Of a stretch of 64,000 nt of DNA, positions 1 through 12,278 are shown piece after piece. The translations under genes were made by a program, and so were the position numbers. Numbering within the stretch: the stretch's first letter is position 1; each line of letters begins with the position of its first letter. The stretch is from NCBI GenBank assembly GCA_964188305.1, contig OZ076886.1; one strand, 5' to 3'. Under the pieces are notes generated by a model. It made no database searches. It had not been told where the DNA came from and was given only the letters and a program-made list of their open reading frames with translations. Origin of the DNA: Podarcis bocagei. Taxonomy: Eukaryota.

Positions 1-385
1 CCTTTCCCCAAGGAGCACAGGGCATCCTTACTCTGATGATACACTGGCAGGAGCTGGCTACCAGTATGGCAAGACGATAGGATTGCTCTGACCATTAGCC
101 TATTTATTTGTATTCATCAGTGATGAGAAGCTAACATGCTGTTATATGCAGCTCTTTGGAAATCTACTATTAAGGAGTTTGTGATTTTCTCTCTTGTTTA
201 TTCTCTGTTTCCATACCAAGGGGGGGAAAGCAAAGAAGCAATAAAAATGCAGAGCATTTGCTCATATGTCTTATTTTGCTCTTATGCTTGGTGTAACCAG
301 ACAGACATAACAGCAAAATGAGTAAACAACAGAAAACATTCCACAAATGTGCAATCCATTACACACAAGCAACCTTTCACTGAAG

Positions 386-540
386 GGGCCATAGCTCTGT
401 GGTAGAACATCTGCCTTGCATGCAGAAGGTCCCAGGTTCAATCCCCAGCTTCTCCAGTTAGGGCTGGGACTATTCCTGCATTGCAGGGGGTTGGACTAGA
501 TTACCCTCTGGATCCCTTCCAACTCTAAAATTCTATGATT
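386..540 (+). mobile_element. tRNA(Ala)-like-head SINE with CR1-derived 3' tail
   Basis: GGGGCCATAGCTCTGTGGTAGAAC...GGTTCAATCCCC (A/B-box-like head) followed by TTCCTGCATTGCAGGGGGTTGGACTAGA...CCCTTCCAACTCT...TTCTATGATT, the CR1 3' terminus. Confidence 0.8.
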
Positions 541-1620
541 CCAACACTATGTTAAGCAATCAGGGAACCATCACAGAAGTAATCAGCTAGCCAAGCATAA
601 GGAGAAGGAAAAGCATTAACTCTGTCAACTTATAATATCACTGAGGGATATTATAAAGCTTCATGAGTTGATGGAAGAAGACAATCATGTTCTTTGATGA
701 AAATGTATTTAATAAAACAAAACCATCTCAGATAAAGGTTGTGGAACTTTGACCATAGCCAAGGGAAAGTTGCTAGTGGACGAAAAATATTCCTGATGTG
801 ATCCCAGTTGCTCCAAATGAATTGAATTGCATCAGGTGCTGAGTTGACTTAGCACGCATTTTTGGTTAAATTATTCCTGATTCAAGTTACATTAACTGGT
901 GCAATGGTAAAATGCAATTCCCATAGCTACACCCCTTTTAATACTAAGATGCAAAAAATGCATTTTGGACCATTTCAGATGTTATGACTTCAGTATCAAG
1001 CCAGCTTTTTTCTCTCCCCCCCTCCTGCTTTGCTTAGCATCTGGTGTGATGGTGGACTCAAAAGCTTGCTCCATATTTTATGACATTTTGGTTGGTCTGC
1101 TGCAAATGGGTGGATACACATAAACCACTATTGTATTTAATGTTCAAGACCCTCTGGCTTGGGACAAATTCTGGTCCTTGCTTTACCTATTCGCAAACAG
1201 AGAGCTGCTCTTTGAGCTAAAAGGCTGGCAAAACAACATAGGCAGCTGTCTGACTAGCAGAAGATCTCAAATGCATAATATAGGAATGGACAAGCAAATC
1301 AATAAAGACCATCAGACCAGCAGGAGCTGGGAGAGCTTGAGGGGAAAGACCTCGGCTTCCACAACCTACCAGAATAACATCCAGCGTCACTCCAAGAGAC
1401 AAGAAGAGAAAGAAGAGTGGAACTTGCCCAGGCAAGGGGAGCCAAGATACGGATGTACCAGCAACCTGGCTGCCTTCAAAGATTCACATGGACATATTAT
1501 AGGTCCAAACCTAGCCCCAAAGAGCACTGCACCACTGGCAGTTTGACCCCCAGGAAAATGCACTGCGGTCCTTCATATGCATCATCTCCTAACAACATCC
1601 CCTTAGGTCAATTCCAAGCC

Positions 1621-1667
1621 TCAAAAGCCATTTTGGTTGGTCCTAAGAAAATAACCTTGGGATTTTT
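1621..1667 (-). CDS. Candidate terminal coding exon of the unnamed minus-strand gene: (E)KSQGYFLRTNQNGF*
   Basis: Minus-strand acceptor ggctaagggttaaatttctacttttgtttag. The phase-1 frame matches the upstream exon and ends in TGA (plus tca 1621-1623). An AATAAA lies on the minus strand at 103-108. No homology support. Confidence 0.35.
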
Positions 1668-2340
1668 CTAAACAAAAGTAGAAATTTAACCCTTAGCCAT
1701 GCAGGCTACCTCTGTCCTGCTTAGTAGGTTTAACTCTTCTGATAAAAAAATGTTTATTTGGCATGCAGAGCTTGGGCAAATAGTACCCCAGGAAATGCCA
1801 ATCATTGTCCCTGCTGTGAAATAAGTGGCAGTGCTTAGTCCCTGCCAGTCCATGCTCCACTAAACCACTGGTTGCATCCATGTGTTAATTCCCTCCTTTA
1901 CACTCAGTGGGCACATTCACTCTGCTGCCTGAAAAGTGTGATATAGCAAATGCTGCTAAATAGCATCACTGAGCTGATAGGAATGAGTCATTGAGAGCTG
2001 GATCATCTGCCACTGGCACTCCACTGATCGCACCCTAAAATTGATTTTTGGCTCAGTGAACAGACACCATGTGCTTTTTCAATTGCCATTTTCCTAGTTT
2101 GTTTAGAGGCAGAAATTCTGCAGGTTCTGTATTCACTGTACAGTGGGGAATGAGGTAGCGGGCTCCAAAACTGTCAAAAACCTTCTCATGAAGGCTATTT
2201 CCAAGCACTCTTGTTTAGGAACATCTAGGAAATTGTGTGTGTGTTTTCTTAAAAGAAACTGAAGCTAGTAGAATTGTTTATTTTTATTGCAGCTTAATAA
2301 ATACAGCCTTCTGTCCTTTTTCATGTGAAGTTTTACAATG

Positions 2341-2575
2341 CTTGGGTTGTATTCAACCCTCTGCAGTTGGAGTTTTGCTTGTACAATGGGACTTCCCCTA
2401 CCTTTCCTCCTCTGTGCACCACCAAAATCTGCTCCAGAGGGACTCCAAATCTCTGGGACCAGATTTTGAGGGTGCACAGAGAGGGAGCTGTTTGAGAGGG
2501 AGCTGTTTGAGAGAGAAGAGGGAAGTTTCACTGCGCAAACAGAAGCCTGCCGTGCAAGCAAAACGGCAGCATTTG
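2341..2575. mobile_element. Degenerate non-autonomous DNA element (MITE-like); related copies near 9080-9240, 15520-15710, 17020-17250, 56040-56290
   Basis: Shared motifs among copies (GGGTTGTATTC/GGGTGTGTATTC ends, CCAAAATCTGCTCCAGAGG core, partial internal palindrome). Confidence 0.5.
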
Positions 2576-3375
2576 ATATCTCCCATTGTCACAGCAGCAG
2601 GCAATGCAAAAGCTATTTCTATGGATGGTCATGTGCATGTGGAATGGGACTGGAGGAAGAGTGCAGTGGGAGAAACTGCAGCTGCATTCCTGCTCTTCGC
2701 TGCAAATTAAGGAGAGCAAAGAGCTCTTTGGGTTGTGACTGAGCAGCCCTAATCTGGACTTTCCTTGATCAAATATTGTTCCTATTTATGGGATAACCAG
2801 CTTCATAAAACCAATATGCTTAAGTCTAATGCATGAAGGAGTTAACACCAATAGACTAAGCTGTCCTGCCAGACCTAGCTGGGTCATCCCCCCTCACCTT
2901 AGGAGGAAGATAATCAAGACCTTTGTTCATTTTAAGTCTACCTGAGAAGCTCAACTGAAGAAGCTATGTTGGTCGCTGAAGCTTAGCTACATGGCTCTAA
3001 CAAGTCTTTCTTTTGTTCCTACGCCAATAATTTGGGAACTTTCATCACTGTAACTAAGCCAAATTTCGCTGCTTGTGTTTTCTGACTGCTGTATGGAAAA
3101 GCACACGAAGCTCATGTGTGGTCTTTTCCTAAGCTAAGGGAAGAAGGGGGCTTTGGAAGGAACCTAGAAGGGCATATTTGAAAGGCCTAACAGCCTATAT
3201 TTACTTTGCTGCATGTTTCATGATCTCTGCTGGGGTTCTCTCCCCAAAGAATACTTGCCCCAAACCTGGATCTTGGTATCCAGGGAATTCTCCTTTTTAT
3301 ATACCTATTTTTCCTTGACACCAACACAAGGCCTAACCCCCGGATGGGATGCTGAATGGACTGCAGTAAGGTGAT

Positions 3376-4519
3376 TTTTTTAAAATATAATTTTTATTAA
3401 CAAACCAATCAAATCACATTAGTTCCAAATTACAAAGCCAAATTTTTACATTTTTGTTGGGGGTACCCATGCTTCGAGCTCAGAAAGGGATCCAAACATC
3501 TCTCTTGCTGCTGCTTTGATGTTCACAGTTCTGTCCAAATAATATTCACAGTTCTGTCCAATCTTCTTTATTGTTTTCCTCATCTTCTTGTTGTTATCAT
3601 ATATTCCTTTCTTTGTGACCTCTGATAGTCTCCACAAACGGGTTAAAAACAAATGTTATTATGTCCTGTGTGGATTTTCCATTCCTCCAAGAGCCATATT
3701 CAGACAGACAGACGGCATTTCAACACTTCAGTACAAAACATTCTTAAAGTCTGTCCGTTAATCCTCGCAGGCCTGTCCCTCTCTCATCAATCTTTTTCGG
3801 GGGTTCTGCCCGGTCAAACTCACAGTCCGATATAATAGCAAACCAAGGTCTCCTCCCCCTCGATCATAAATCTTGCAGCCAGGCCTGCTTCCCTAACGAG
3901 TCTCTTTTTATAACTGCATCATTCCAAAGGCCTTTCATTCCTTTCCAGATATTCCGCAAGCCATGTCTTTGAATAGTAGTTCATTTCCACACAGTTCTTA
4001 ATCATCCCGCTTATAATCAGTAATTGCAACGATTCTTCTTGGGGGGAGGATTGTTAGGTAATCACATAAGGTAAAAAAAAGAAAAGCCCCCCCCATTCCA
4101 TCCCGTTCCGACATACCGATCCTTTGATGTGTCTTCTTCTTAATATATTGTTGAATCCAGCCCGTCGCTCCACTTCACAGAGGTCACTTCAATTAGCAGT
4201 CTTAACTCCCGTTCTTCACTCAAAGTATGTGCATTTGCTTCTCTCTAATTGTTTATTTTGAGCTCCTGCAACCAGGCCGCGCGATCAGAGACAGCGTCTG
4301 GGAGAGCCGTCCCACATGAGTGCTGTGCACCTTGTGCCTTCACCCCCTTCTTTCAAACTCGGGGTGATTTATGGCAACCGCAGGCGAGGCAGTGTTCCCC
4401 ATTCCCTTGGGGGTAACAAGGGAGGCTGCATACTCCCATATCAGCCTCTTAATTACCTCGTGTGAGCTGGAGAGATGGTATTGTCGGCCATTTTCCAATG
4501 CGCCGCTAGTGGCCCCCTC
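3376..4519 (-). mobile_element. ~1.14-kb L1-type retroposed element (CpG-containing 5' end, decayed ORF1-like segment, AATAAA plus poly(A))
   Basis: Flanked by the 13-bp direct repeat GCAGTAAGGTGAT (3363-3375, 4520-4532). The minus strand starts GAGGGGGCCACTAGCGGCG and ends AATAAAAATTATATTTTAAAAAAA. ORF 3446-3652 is Lys/Arg-rich and helical-looking. No RT. Confidence 0.7.
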
Positions 4520-4906
4520 GCAGTAAGGTGATCTTTAGCTGATGGGAGCTCTGTTCTGTGCTTGCCACCATTCTCACCACGCCCCTGCATCTTTGGAGTG
4601 CTTTTCAACAGTGCATTAAGCATTGTGACTAACATCCGTCATCATGTGTGGTTGATTTGCTTCCTCCCGTTCTCCCTATTGAGAATTTGTGCAGGCAATT
4701 AAGGCATTGTTTGATAAGGCTGTCTGGGGTTTGTAGCTTTGAGCATACAGATGAGATCCTATATTGACAAAGCAGATATAAGGCATGTGCTTGGAGTGAC
4801 AGGCTTACAGCCAAATGAATATTTTTTAAGAGTACTATCAGGCAACATCTTTTTCCCCCTTGGGGTCAGTAACCACCATGGTTGGGGGAGAAGCAGCTAT
4901 ACTTGC

Positions 4907-5077
4907 CAAGCTGAATGAAGGTCTCCTCCAATATATCTTTTCCTTTTCCTTCAGGGGGTGGGTTAATGTATTCCAGGAAAGTATCCATAGAAGCATTAAA
5001 ATTCCCAACAGTATGTAACATAAAAGGGGTGGGGGTGAAGAGCTGGGTCTTCAGTTGCTTCTCATGTATAAAGAAAC
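4907..5077 (-). CDS. Candidate internal coding exon (171 nt, phase 1-1): (G)FFIHEKQLKTQLFTPTPFMLHTVGNFNASMDTFLEYINPPPEGKGKDILEETFIQL
   Basis: Pyrimidine-rich acceptor ...actgtcatctccag. 56 uninterrupted codons in the frame dictated by the upstream phase-1 exon. Donor TTG|GCAAGT (GC type). Contains the sequon N-A-S. Confidence 0.55.
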
Positions 5078-8000
5078 CTGGAGATGACAGTATTGGGGGT
5101 GGGGGATGCAGGGCTTTGCAGAGCAGAGGAACAGGAGTAAAGAGAGCATGGTGGAATACAGATGGGGCCCAGAGGAGATGTAACAGAAGGGTGCATTCAA
5201 AAAATGTGATCTATCTTTACCTACAATCTGAAATGACAACAGTTGCAGAAGGACTCTATACTGTAAATTCTTCCTTAACGTTTAGATCAGCTTAAATGCA
5301 CCCTTTCTATTAAAAAACAACTGAGAACAGTCATCATTTCTTTACTCTTGTTTATTCTTGAGCTGTTTGTCAACTACTGCTAAATGTGTTACCAGTTGCT
5401 GTCTCTCTTCATATGAATCACAGATGTTCTAAGAGACTGAACATCTGCACTCATGATAAATGGCACTCAGTTAAGTCTTCTTCATTAATAGCTGAAAGCC
5501 CCAATATCTCCTTTGCCTTGCTCTGTTGGGAAGGGTGTTACAAAGAACAAGGTGAACGGTGCAGAGAAAGCAACAGCTAAGTAGAGGAAAAAGTTCCTTG
5601 GATGTTGTTTGGTTGCAGCATGCAATGGTGGGAATGCTGTGATGCTGATTTTTGAAAAAGTAGCCCTAGAGGCTATATGTGAGTGTTGCCTGCTGTTTCA
5701 GTCCTGAGACTGGCAAGAAATCAATATATCTCCTACAGAAAACGCCTACACACTTGGCCAGTTGGAAGCTGGTGGATGACATTGTTTCTGATGGTGTTTA
5801 GGGCAAATGGGTACACACTTTCAAGTGTATGTAGGCAAGAGCTGTGCGAATGGGGTGTGTGTGTGTGTGTGTGTATGACACATAGAGAGAAATATATGGG
5901 AAAAACTAAACTTGGAGCAGAGAATGACACACTTAAAAAATGATAATTTAATAATGCTCTGCCTCCATGGTCAGAGGCAGTATCCTTCTGAGTATCATTT
6001 GCTGGAAACTGTGGGAACGGGATGCTCCCAAAGCAGATTTGCAGCCTTTTTGTGCGTGTTTGTGATTTATTTATTTATTGGTAATATGAAGAAGGCTATA
6101 TACATGTGCATCAACAGATGTCACCTTATTTTTTTTAAAAGACAGCTCATCTGAAGCACAAGGCATGTACATGTGCAAAGCAAGTCCTTAAGCTGGATTC
6201 ACACCGCTGTGAAGAACCTGCAGTGATGGATGTTCAGAATTTTACACCAGCTTTCACTCGAAGGTGCAAGGCACCTGTTTTTGTTTGTTCTTGCTTTCAA
6301 GTGCCTTAAAAGTTGTAACGAATGGCATGGTTTATATGGGCCTAAAGATGGCTGAAGAACACCACAAAATGGATGCGATGTCTTTGGACTGTCAGTGAAC
6401 TGTCAGTGAACTGTGCTGTATAAGCGCTAATGGAATGTGGAAAACATCATGATGTTTGGGCAAAAACAGTGTGTTCTAGGAACGGTACAGAACAGCACAT
6501 ACAAGGAGGCATGGAGATGGGCTACACTTTACCTTCGAGATAATAGTTGTGAGATGATGCCAAGGACAAGGATGTGAGATGCAAAAAAAAAAAAAAAAAA
6601 AAAGGAGTAAGGAGTTGTGTAATGCCAAAAAACAGATGAACAACAAGGCGTATATATGGCAAAGCCCTCCAGCCTAAGTTGTGTGCCAGACATTGACAGC
6701 GCTGTTGTCTGCCACCCATGGCTCTTACTGAAACTGATCACTTCAGTGAAGAGTAAAGAGTGGTGAGTATGGGTGATGTATGAATGGATGTATGTATTGT
6801 TGAGTGCATATTCCTTGTCTTGACATGTGAATTACTTGTTAATCAGTAAAGCAATACTATAGAGAAAATCCAGTATTGATTCTCTGATGTTTACTTGTAC
6901 CTTTCTAGAGTATACTGGGTCTCATCTATGTTAAACACATAAACAGGTTAAAATAATCTAACTGGTCATTTCAAAGTAGGTTCGAGACATATTATTGAAT
7001 GGAGTAGCCTACCAGTTATTTTACAGTACATTCCAATGCAGGTTTTCCATAGCAGGAATTTGTGCTGCATTCAATGGTCGCCCCCATAGAAGTTGGTTTT
7101 GCATGGCAGTTCCCATCGTATATTGAACATGTGGATTTTTAATTGAACCTGCTTCCTTTGACAGTTGCATCCAACAGTCTAAATGCATCTGCCAATCCAG
7201 CACATTAAGCATACTGCATTGGAATAGGAATGAGAAAAGAGCATGGAAGCTGTGCATAGCTATATTGCACTCTTGAGGTGTCTTCCACAATTATGCTTGC
7301 TACACAAGGAAGTGGTAGAGCATCCGATTTCCATGCAGAAGGTTCCAGGTCTGTTCAAGTAAATGCCAGGCAGGTGCCTACAGCACTGGTGTTTAGGTGG
7401 CTGCTTAAAACACATTTGTTCAGCCCGGTTTTCCCTAAGGGGTAATCCAATTAAGTTGATGATTAATTTGATTTGCTGGTTTGTTATTCCAATTAGTTTT
7501 TATTGATGTGATTTTATTGATGGTTTTATGTTGTTCACAGTCTTCCTGTATTGTTATTTTTAAATAAATAAATTACTAGCATCTCAAGGTAGAGCTGCAA
7601 ATGTTCCTTTTAAGAAACCCTGGGGAGCTGCTGCCTGTCAGTGTAGGCAATGCTAAGGTTAATGGACCAATGGTCTGCCTCGGTATAAGGTGGCTTCCTA
7701 TATTCTTGTGCATCTAAAGGCAATGGGTATGCAAAATAACAGTATGCCCCACCAAGCCATGTTGTTTCATTGTCACCGTACTGAGGCTAATAAATAAGGG
7801 AGCCCACACTCTTTCCCAACCAGGGAGTTAGAGAGGGGGTTAGATAATTCCTCCCTCAGTCGTACTGAGCTGTGGGAAAGGTCCATGCCTACTTCTCCAA
7901 CTACAAGCTGCAGAGGAACACGCAGCTGGTTGTTTCAGTGGTGGTTTGGTAGAGGTGCTCCAAGATATGTGTAGTTATCTGGGAGTAGGGCTCACTGAAC

Positions 8001-8511
8001 ACTACAGGACTTACTTCTGAGTAGACATGCATAGGATTGTATCCAATGGGGGAGAGAGCGCCTTGGTATCAAAACATTTTGGCTCAGCTGTCAAGGGCAG
8101 TCATATTTCTGGTCCTCTGCTTTTAAGTAATTTCTACTGGGGCATGCAAAAGAGAAGCGGATTGTGTCTTATGCAATTTAAGAAGATTTTCTGAGAAAGA
8201 ACCAGTATTTTTCCATTTTTCTACTAGCGAAGAGGGAGCAATGCTATCTGAATTAAGCATCCCCAAAATGTCACGGGCACTGAGCCACAGTAAGGCTGAT
8301 CTTTAGTTGCTTAATTTTAATGATTAAGTGATTAGAAGCAGGAAAATTAATTGACTAAGAAAGCTTTAATTGACTGACAGCCCCACAGCATCATATGGAA
8401 GCAGTACCAGAATTTTTATTATGAGGGAATCTGTTGCTTTCCACATCAGCAGCTTATTGAGTTCCATGCATTTTGGGTTGGGAAGTCACACACCAGAGGC
8501 TTCACAGAGTT

Positions 8512-8900
8512 TGTCAGAGCCACAGCAGCCACATGCAGAGGGACCCCTGCAAAGTATAACTCAGTCCTAGTCTTTCCCCCTCTGTCAGATCTGGGCTGTG
8601 ATCAGCCGTCTGAAGTGAGCAAGGAGCTGGGAATCCGGAATTGGTAGTTGATAGGGCATGTTGGTAGTCAGGACTAAAGAATGACAGGGAACCAAACAAC
8701 AAGCCAGGAGACTATGAAGGAAAACCAGGACTGAAGAACAAACTAGGAAGCAGGGTGAAGGAGGCAGCCAAATGTCAGGGTTGCAGAACGACCAGGAAAA
8801 CCCTCTTGCTCAAGCAAGGCTCAACAGGAAGCTCTTTTAGGAGTGAACTCCTCTGTTGCTGTGCCTGCACTGCACTAAGCCCCCTGCCCCTCACCATCTC
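8512..8900. mobile_element. Possible decayed LTR fragment
   Basis: Begins TGTCA and has AG-rich repeats (CCAGGA/CAGGAA) like the clear solo LTR at 53917-54299. No 3' end or TSD found. Confidence 0.3.
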
Positions 8901-8959
8901 AGGAACTGGCAGCGATGCTTAGTGGGTGGGAAAGCAGGTGAGCAAGCTGTCTTTCAAGT

Positions 8960-10200
8960 CACTTTTTAAATAATAGAATTTCATTATTTGAACACCATAC
9001 GCATCATAAAAGTTCTAAAATGATAAAATTACATATGGAGGAATTCAAGATCAAGCTAAGATGATAGCTTGCCAGATGGAATGATCCTCTGCACACTGTT
9101 CTGGGGGTTATCCCAACCCACTCCAAGCCAATTTTGAGGGGTGCAAGAGTGGGAGGGGGGAAAGCACTGTTGCACAAGCAAAAGTCCTTGCGCTAGGCTT
9201 CCATTGAGGGAACTTGTTAGGGGACTCCTACCCACAAATCTGAAATACATATTAGAGTAAGCCCAATAACATTAAAGGTTGCTTTCTTCTCTTAAATATT
9301 GCTGCTGAAGTACGTAAGAAACATTCCCAATTATCTATAAACAAATTATTCTGTCTTCTACCCTCTCTAACCCTCACTGTATTAGTTAGTTTTACAATAT
9401 ATGCTACATGTCAGAGTTTCAATCCAATCCTCTATAGTTGGAATTCTTGTTTTCTTCCGAATCCGAGCAGCTGTTAATAGATGCACCACAATTTCTGTAT
9501 CTAGAGGCAGCACTGAGCCTTTTACAAAGCCAAAAAGTACAATTAAAGGGTCTAATGATAACCTATGACCTGTGATTATTTCAATTTTTCACTATCTCTT
9601 TCCAAAAGTTCCTTATCTTGGGACAAAACCAAAAGATGTGAGCCATATCTGCATTTGCTGTTTTACATCTCCAACATGTATTATCAGTATCGTTATACAT
9701 AAGATACATAAGCCTTACGGTTGTCAAATACCATAAAAAAATAAAATATAAACATTCTATTTCACATTTAAACTAATTGTTTGTTGTCAGATATACTGCC
9801 ATTTCCAGTTCCAAACTCTTGTTGGAATCTGAAAATGCAGGTCTTTGGTGAGTATTAGTTGTTATATTTATGTTTCCATAATGACAAAGTGCCCAACAAT
9901 GTTTTATCTTTTATTTATTCATTATAATTAATTGCAGTTAATGGCGACAGCACTGGGCTCAGTTATCTCCTAAATTTATACTAATTATTAAATAAATTTC
10001 TAGTACATGGATTCAACTTTGTTATATCCTTATCAAAATTAGTCTGGTACCAAGTGTATTTTTAAAAATATTTGTTGGAACATTCAGTTATTCCAGTAAC
10101 ATAGCAATATCAGGTTGAAACCATGCTCTGAAATACATTAGCATAGCTGTTTCATAATGTCGTTTTATAGTACAGTACAGTGGTTTATTGATGCAGTTGG
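8960..10200 (-). mobile_element. Old, frameshifted L1 ORF2 3' fragment
   Basis: Minus-strand translation around 9420-9740 gives WYLTTVRL...NTCWRCKTANADMAHIFWFCPKIRNFW...HLLTAARI, the L1 ORF2 CCHC C-terminal domain. Confidence 0.85.
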
Positions 10201-10268
10201 TAGAGATAGGCTCAAAATAAGTACAGGAAAGAGAGAAGGAGCTGCTCCCTCAAACCTGTGTATAAATA

Positions 10269-10510
10269 CCATATTGGCCTGAATATAAGCCTCACTTTCC
10301 CCCCAAATTCCAACCGTGAAAAGTTAAAGTGTGGCTTAAATTCGTGACCTTACAAAAACTGGCTTTTATGATATTGCTGCTGAAACAGACATATGGTAAA
10401 ACAGAATGGGTGTGAGTGCCTGCGGGATTTTAAGGGAGCAGCTTATATTCAGGTATTGTCTCACTTCCCCTTGAATTTTAAAGGTGCGGCTTATATTCGG
10501 GCCAATATGG
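10269..10510. mobile_element. Tc1/mariner-superfamily MITE (Tc2-like)
   Basis: TIRs CCATATTGGCCTGAATATAAGCC / GGCTTATATTCGGGCCAATATGG, flanked by TA (10267-10268, 10511-10512). Confidence 0.85.
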
Positions 10511-12247
10511 TAGCAAATGGAAATGTCTGTGTGGGTTGTCTCCTGGGCCTTTCAGCAAGGTTTGAGGGGGAAGCTACATCCTTCATGCTTTGGTTTAGCA
10601 CAATGTGTCTACTCCTGTATATCACCTGTGCTGAAAAACTGAGCACAATGCAGATCCATCCATTCACCTGATGGCCCAAGCAGAGAAAAGGCAGTCTTCT
10701 TCCAAAGTGTATGTTTGTGGCGATACACAACTGCTCAAACTCCCCTCCCGTCCTCCCCACTTTCTGACACCACACAAAGGCCCAGAGAGATCCTGCGCAG
10801 GTGTGCAAATCTTTAAATAAACATTTGCATATGCCCTGCCTTACACCTGGCACTCACTCGCATGGATGACACATCAATAGTGAGACTTATTTTGGAACAA
10901 CAAAGCACTCCACTAGGCAGAGAGCCCCAGGAGGGAAGCAACTCCCCTGGTGAGAACCCTCAAGAAGACAGGCGCTTTTCTGATGCTAATTACTGGGCTG
11001 TCATCTAAAGCAAGCTCCTCCATTGTGAGGATAGCATGGAGAGATTGTTTGGATATGATCTCATCATTCTTCCAGGACGATTGAAGCAAAAGGACCACAA
11101 AACAGCAGCAATTTATTGGCAAGTGAAGTGAACGGGAAGCAGTTTTGCTCTCAACAGAATTTGAGAAGTCACAATTGGTCAAGTTGGGGGAACGGAATAA
11201 CATAGAAACTGCCCCATTTCTACTAATCTGTATATTCTGGATTAACTTCCATTCGTAATAAGGATCACTCCAGCCTTTTCATATGCTTTTCAAAACAAGT
11301 GTTTCACAAGGGCTGCAGAAGGCTTAATGGAGGCACAAGCAATCAATTAGCTCCAGTTCCCACCTTCACTTGAGCAAATAGTAGCCCCCTTAGAACCCCA
11401 CCAGTGCAGCCTCATTCTCCAATCTTGCCTTCCACTGAAGGAAGAGAAAAGCTGAGCCAGCAATTGTGTTCCTTAAATTCCCCTTGCTCACTATTTTTCA
11501 TTAACGTTTTATTGTCTGTTAATAGCACAAACAGAAAACTGCCTTCTGCAAAGCTATAATATTTGAGATCAACCAATACAATAAGAGGAGACAGACATAA
11601 GGGACAAAGAAATTCAATTGCTTCTATTTCTGCTCCCAAATTGGAGTTGCATCAGATATCAATCTGGGGGTGGGTGGGAACCCAAGAACAATTGCATTAG
11701 TAGAATGGTATAGCAGAGATGAAATCCTGTAATGACCTTAAGCATAGCTCAGAGTGTTTTACAGAAAAGAGTGGGTAGTATTGGCCCATCATGTGTAATT
11801 GATGACAAAATTCAATGTTACTTTGGAGCAGAAGTTGCAGAAGCAAGAATCCCTCCCTCTAAATCTCTGCTTAAAATGCTATGCTAGGATTCTGACATAG
11901 TCTATGCTCAGAATTGTGTCTAAAAACGTATTTTGGAACACAAACATCTCAGCCTACTTTTCAACAGGGATGGCCAACTAGAAGCCTGTGCGCTCATTCC
12001 AGCCTGCCTCCCATGGTGTTTCACAATTCACTGTTGGTGCTGACTTTTAAAGCCCTAAACAGCCTCGGCCCAGTATACCTGATGGAGCGTCTCCTCCCCC
12101 ATTGTTCAGCCCGGACACTGAGGTCCTCCCTGAGGGTCTTCTGCTGGTTCCCTCACTGTGAGAAGCGAGGTTACAGGGAACCAGGCAGAGGGCCTTCTCG
12201 GTAGTAGTGCCCTCCCTATGGAACACAATCCCATTAGATGTCAAGGA

Positions 12248-12249
<2 letters not shown>

Positions 12250-12278
<29 letters not shown>

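Noticed and set aside
630-656. 10-bp perfect hairpin TTATAATATC/GATATTATAA
   Set aside because: AT-rich and short; plausible by chance in 64 kb.
1038-1100. Possible second Penelope/hammerhead remnant (CTGGTG...AAAAGCTT...TTGGTTGGTCT)
   Set aside because: The CUGANGA and GAAA cores are destroyed, so it cannot be supported as a ribozyme.
1621-1667. SQGYFL resembles neuromedin U (SRGYFLFRPRN)
   Set aside because: Lacks the FRPRN-G-basic amidation motif and the precursor layout; treated as coincidence.
2735-3320. Possible ERV LTR (TG...CA); a similar candidate at ~6314-6989
   Set aside because: No TSD and no confident boundaries.
4907-5077. Faint resemblances to the N-termini of ECM1, ECM2, GRIK4 and C1QTNF12
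   Set aside because: Only short, low-identity matches from memory, with mismatched exon structure or too little identity; no symbol assigned.
10913-11203. 96-aa minus ORF and a nearby donor-like site at ~10667
   Set aside because: No coherent acceptor/donor pair and no recognisable homology.
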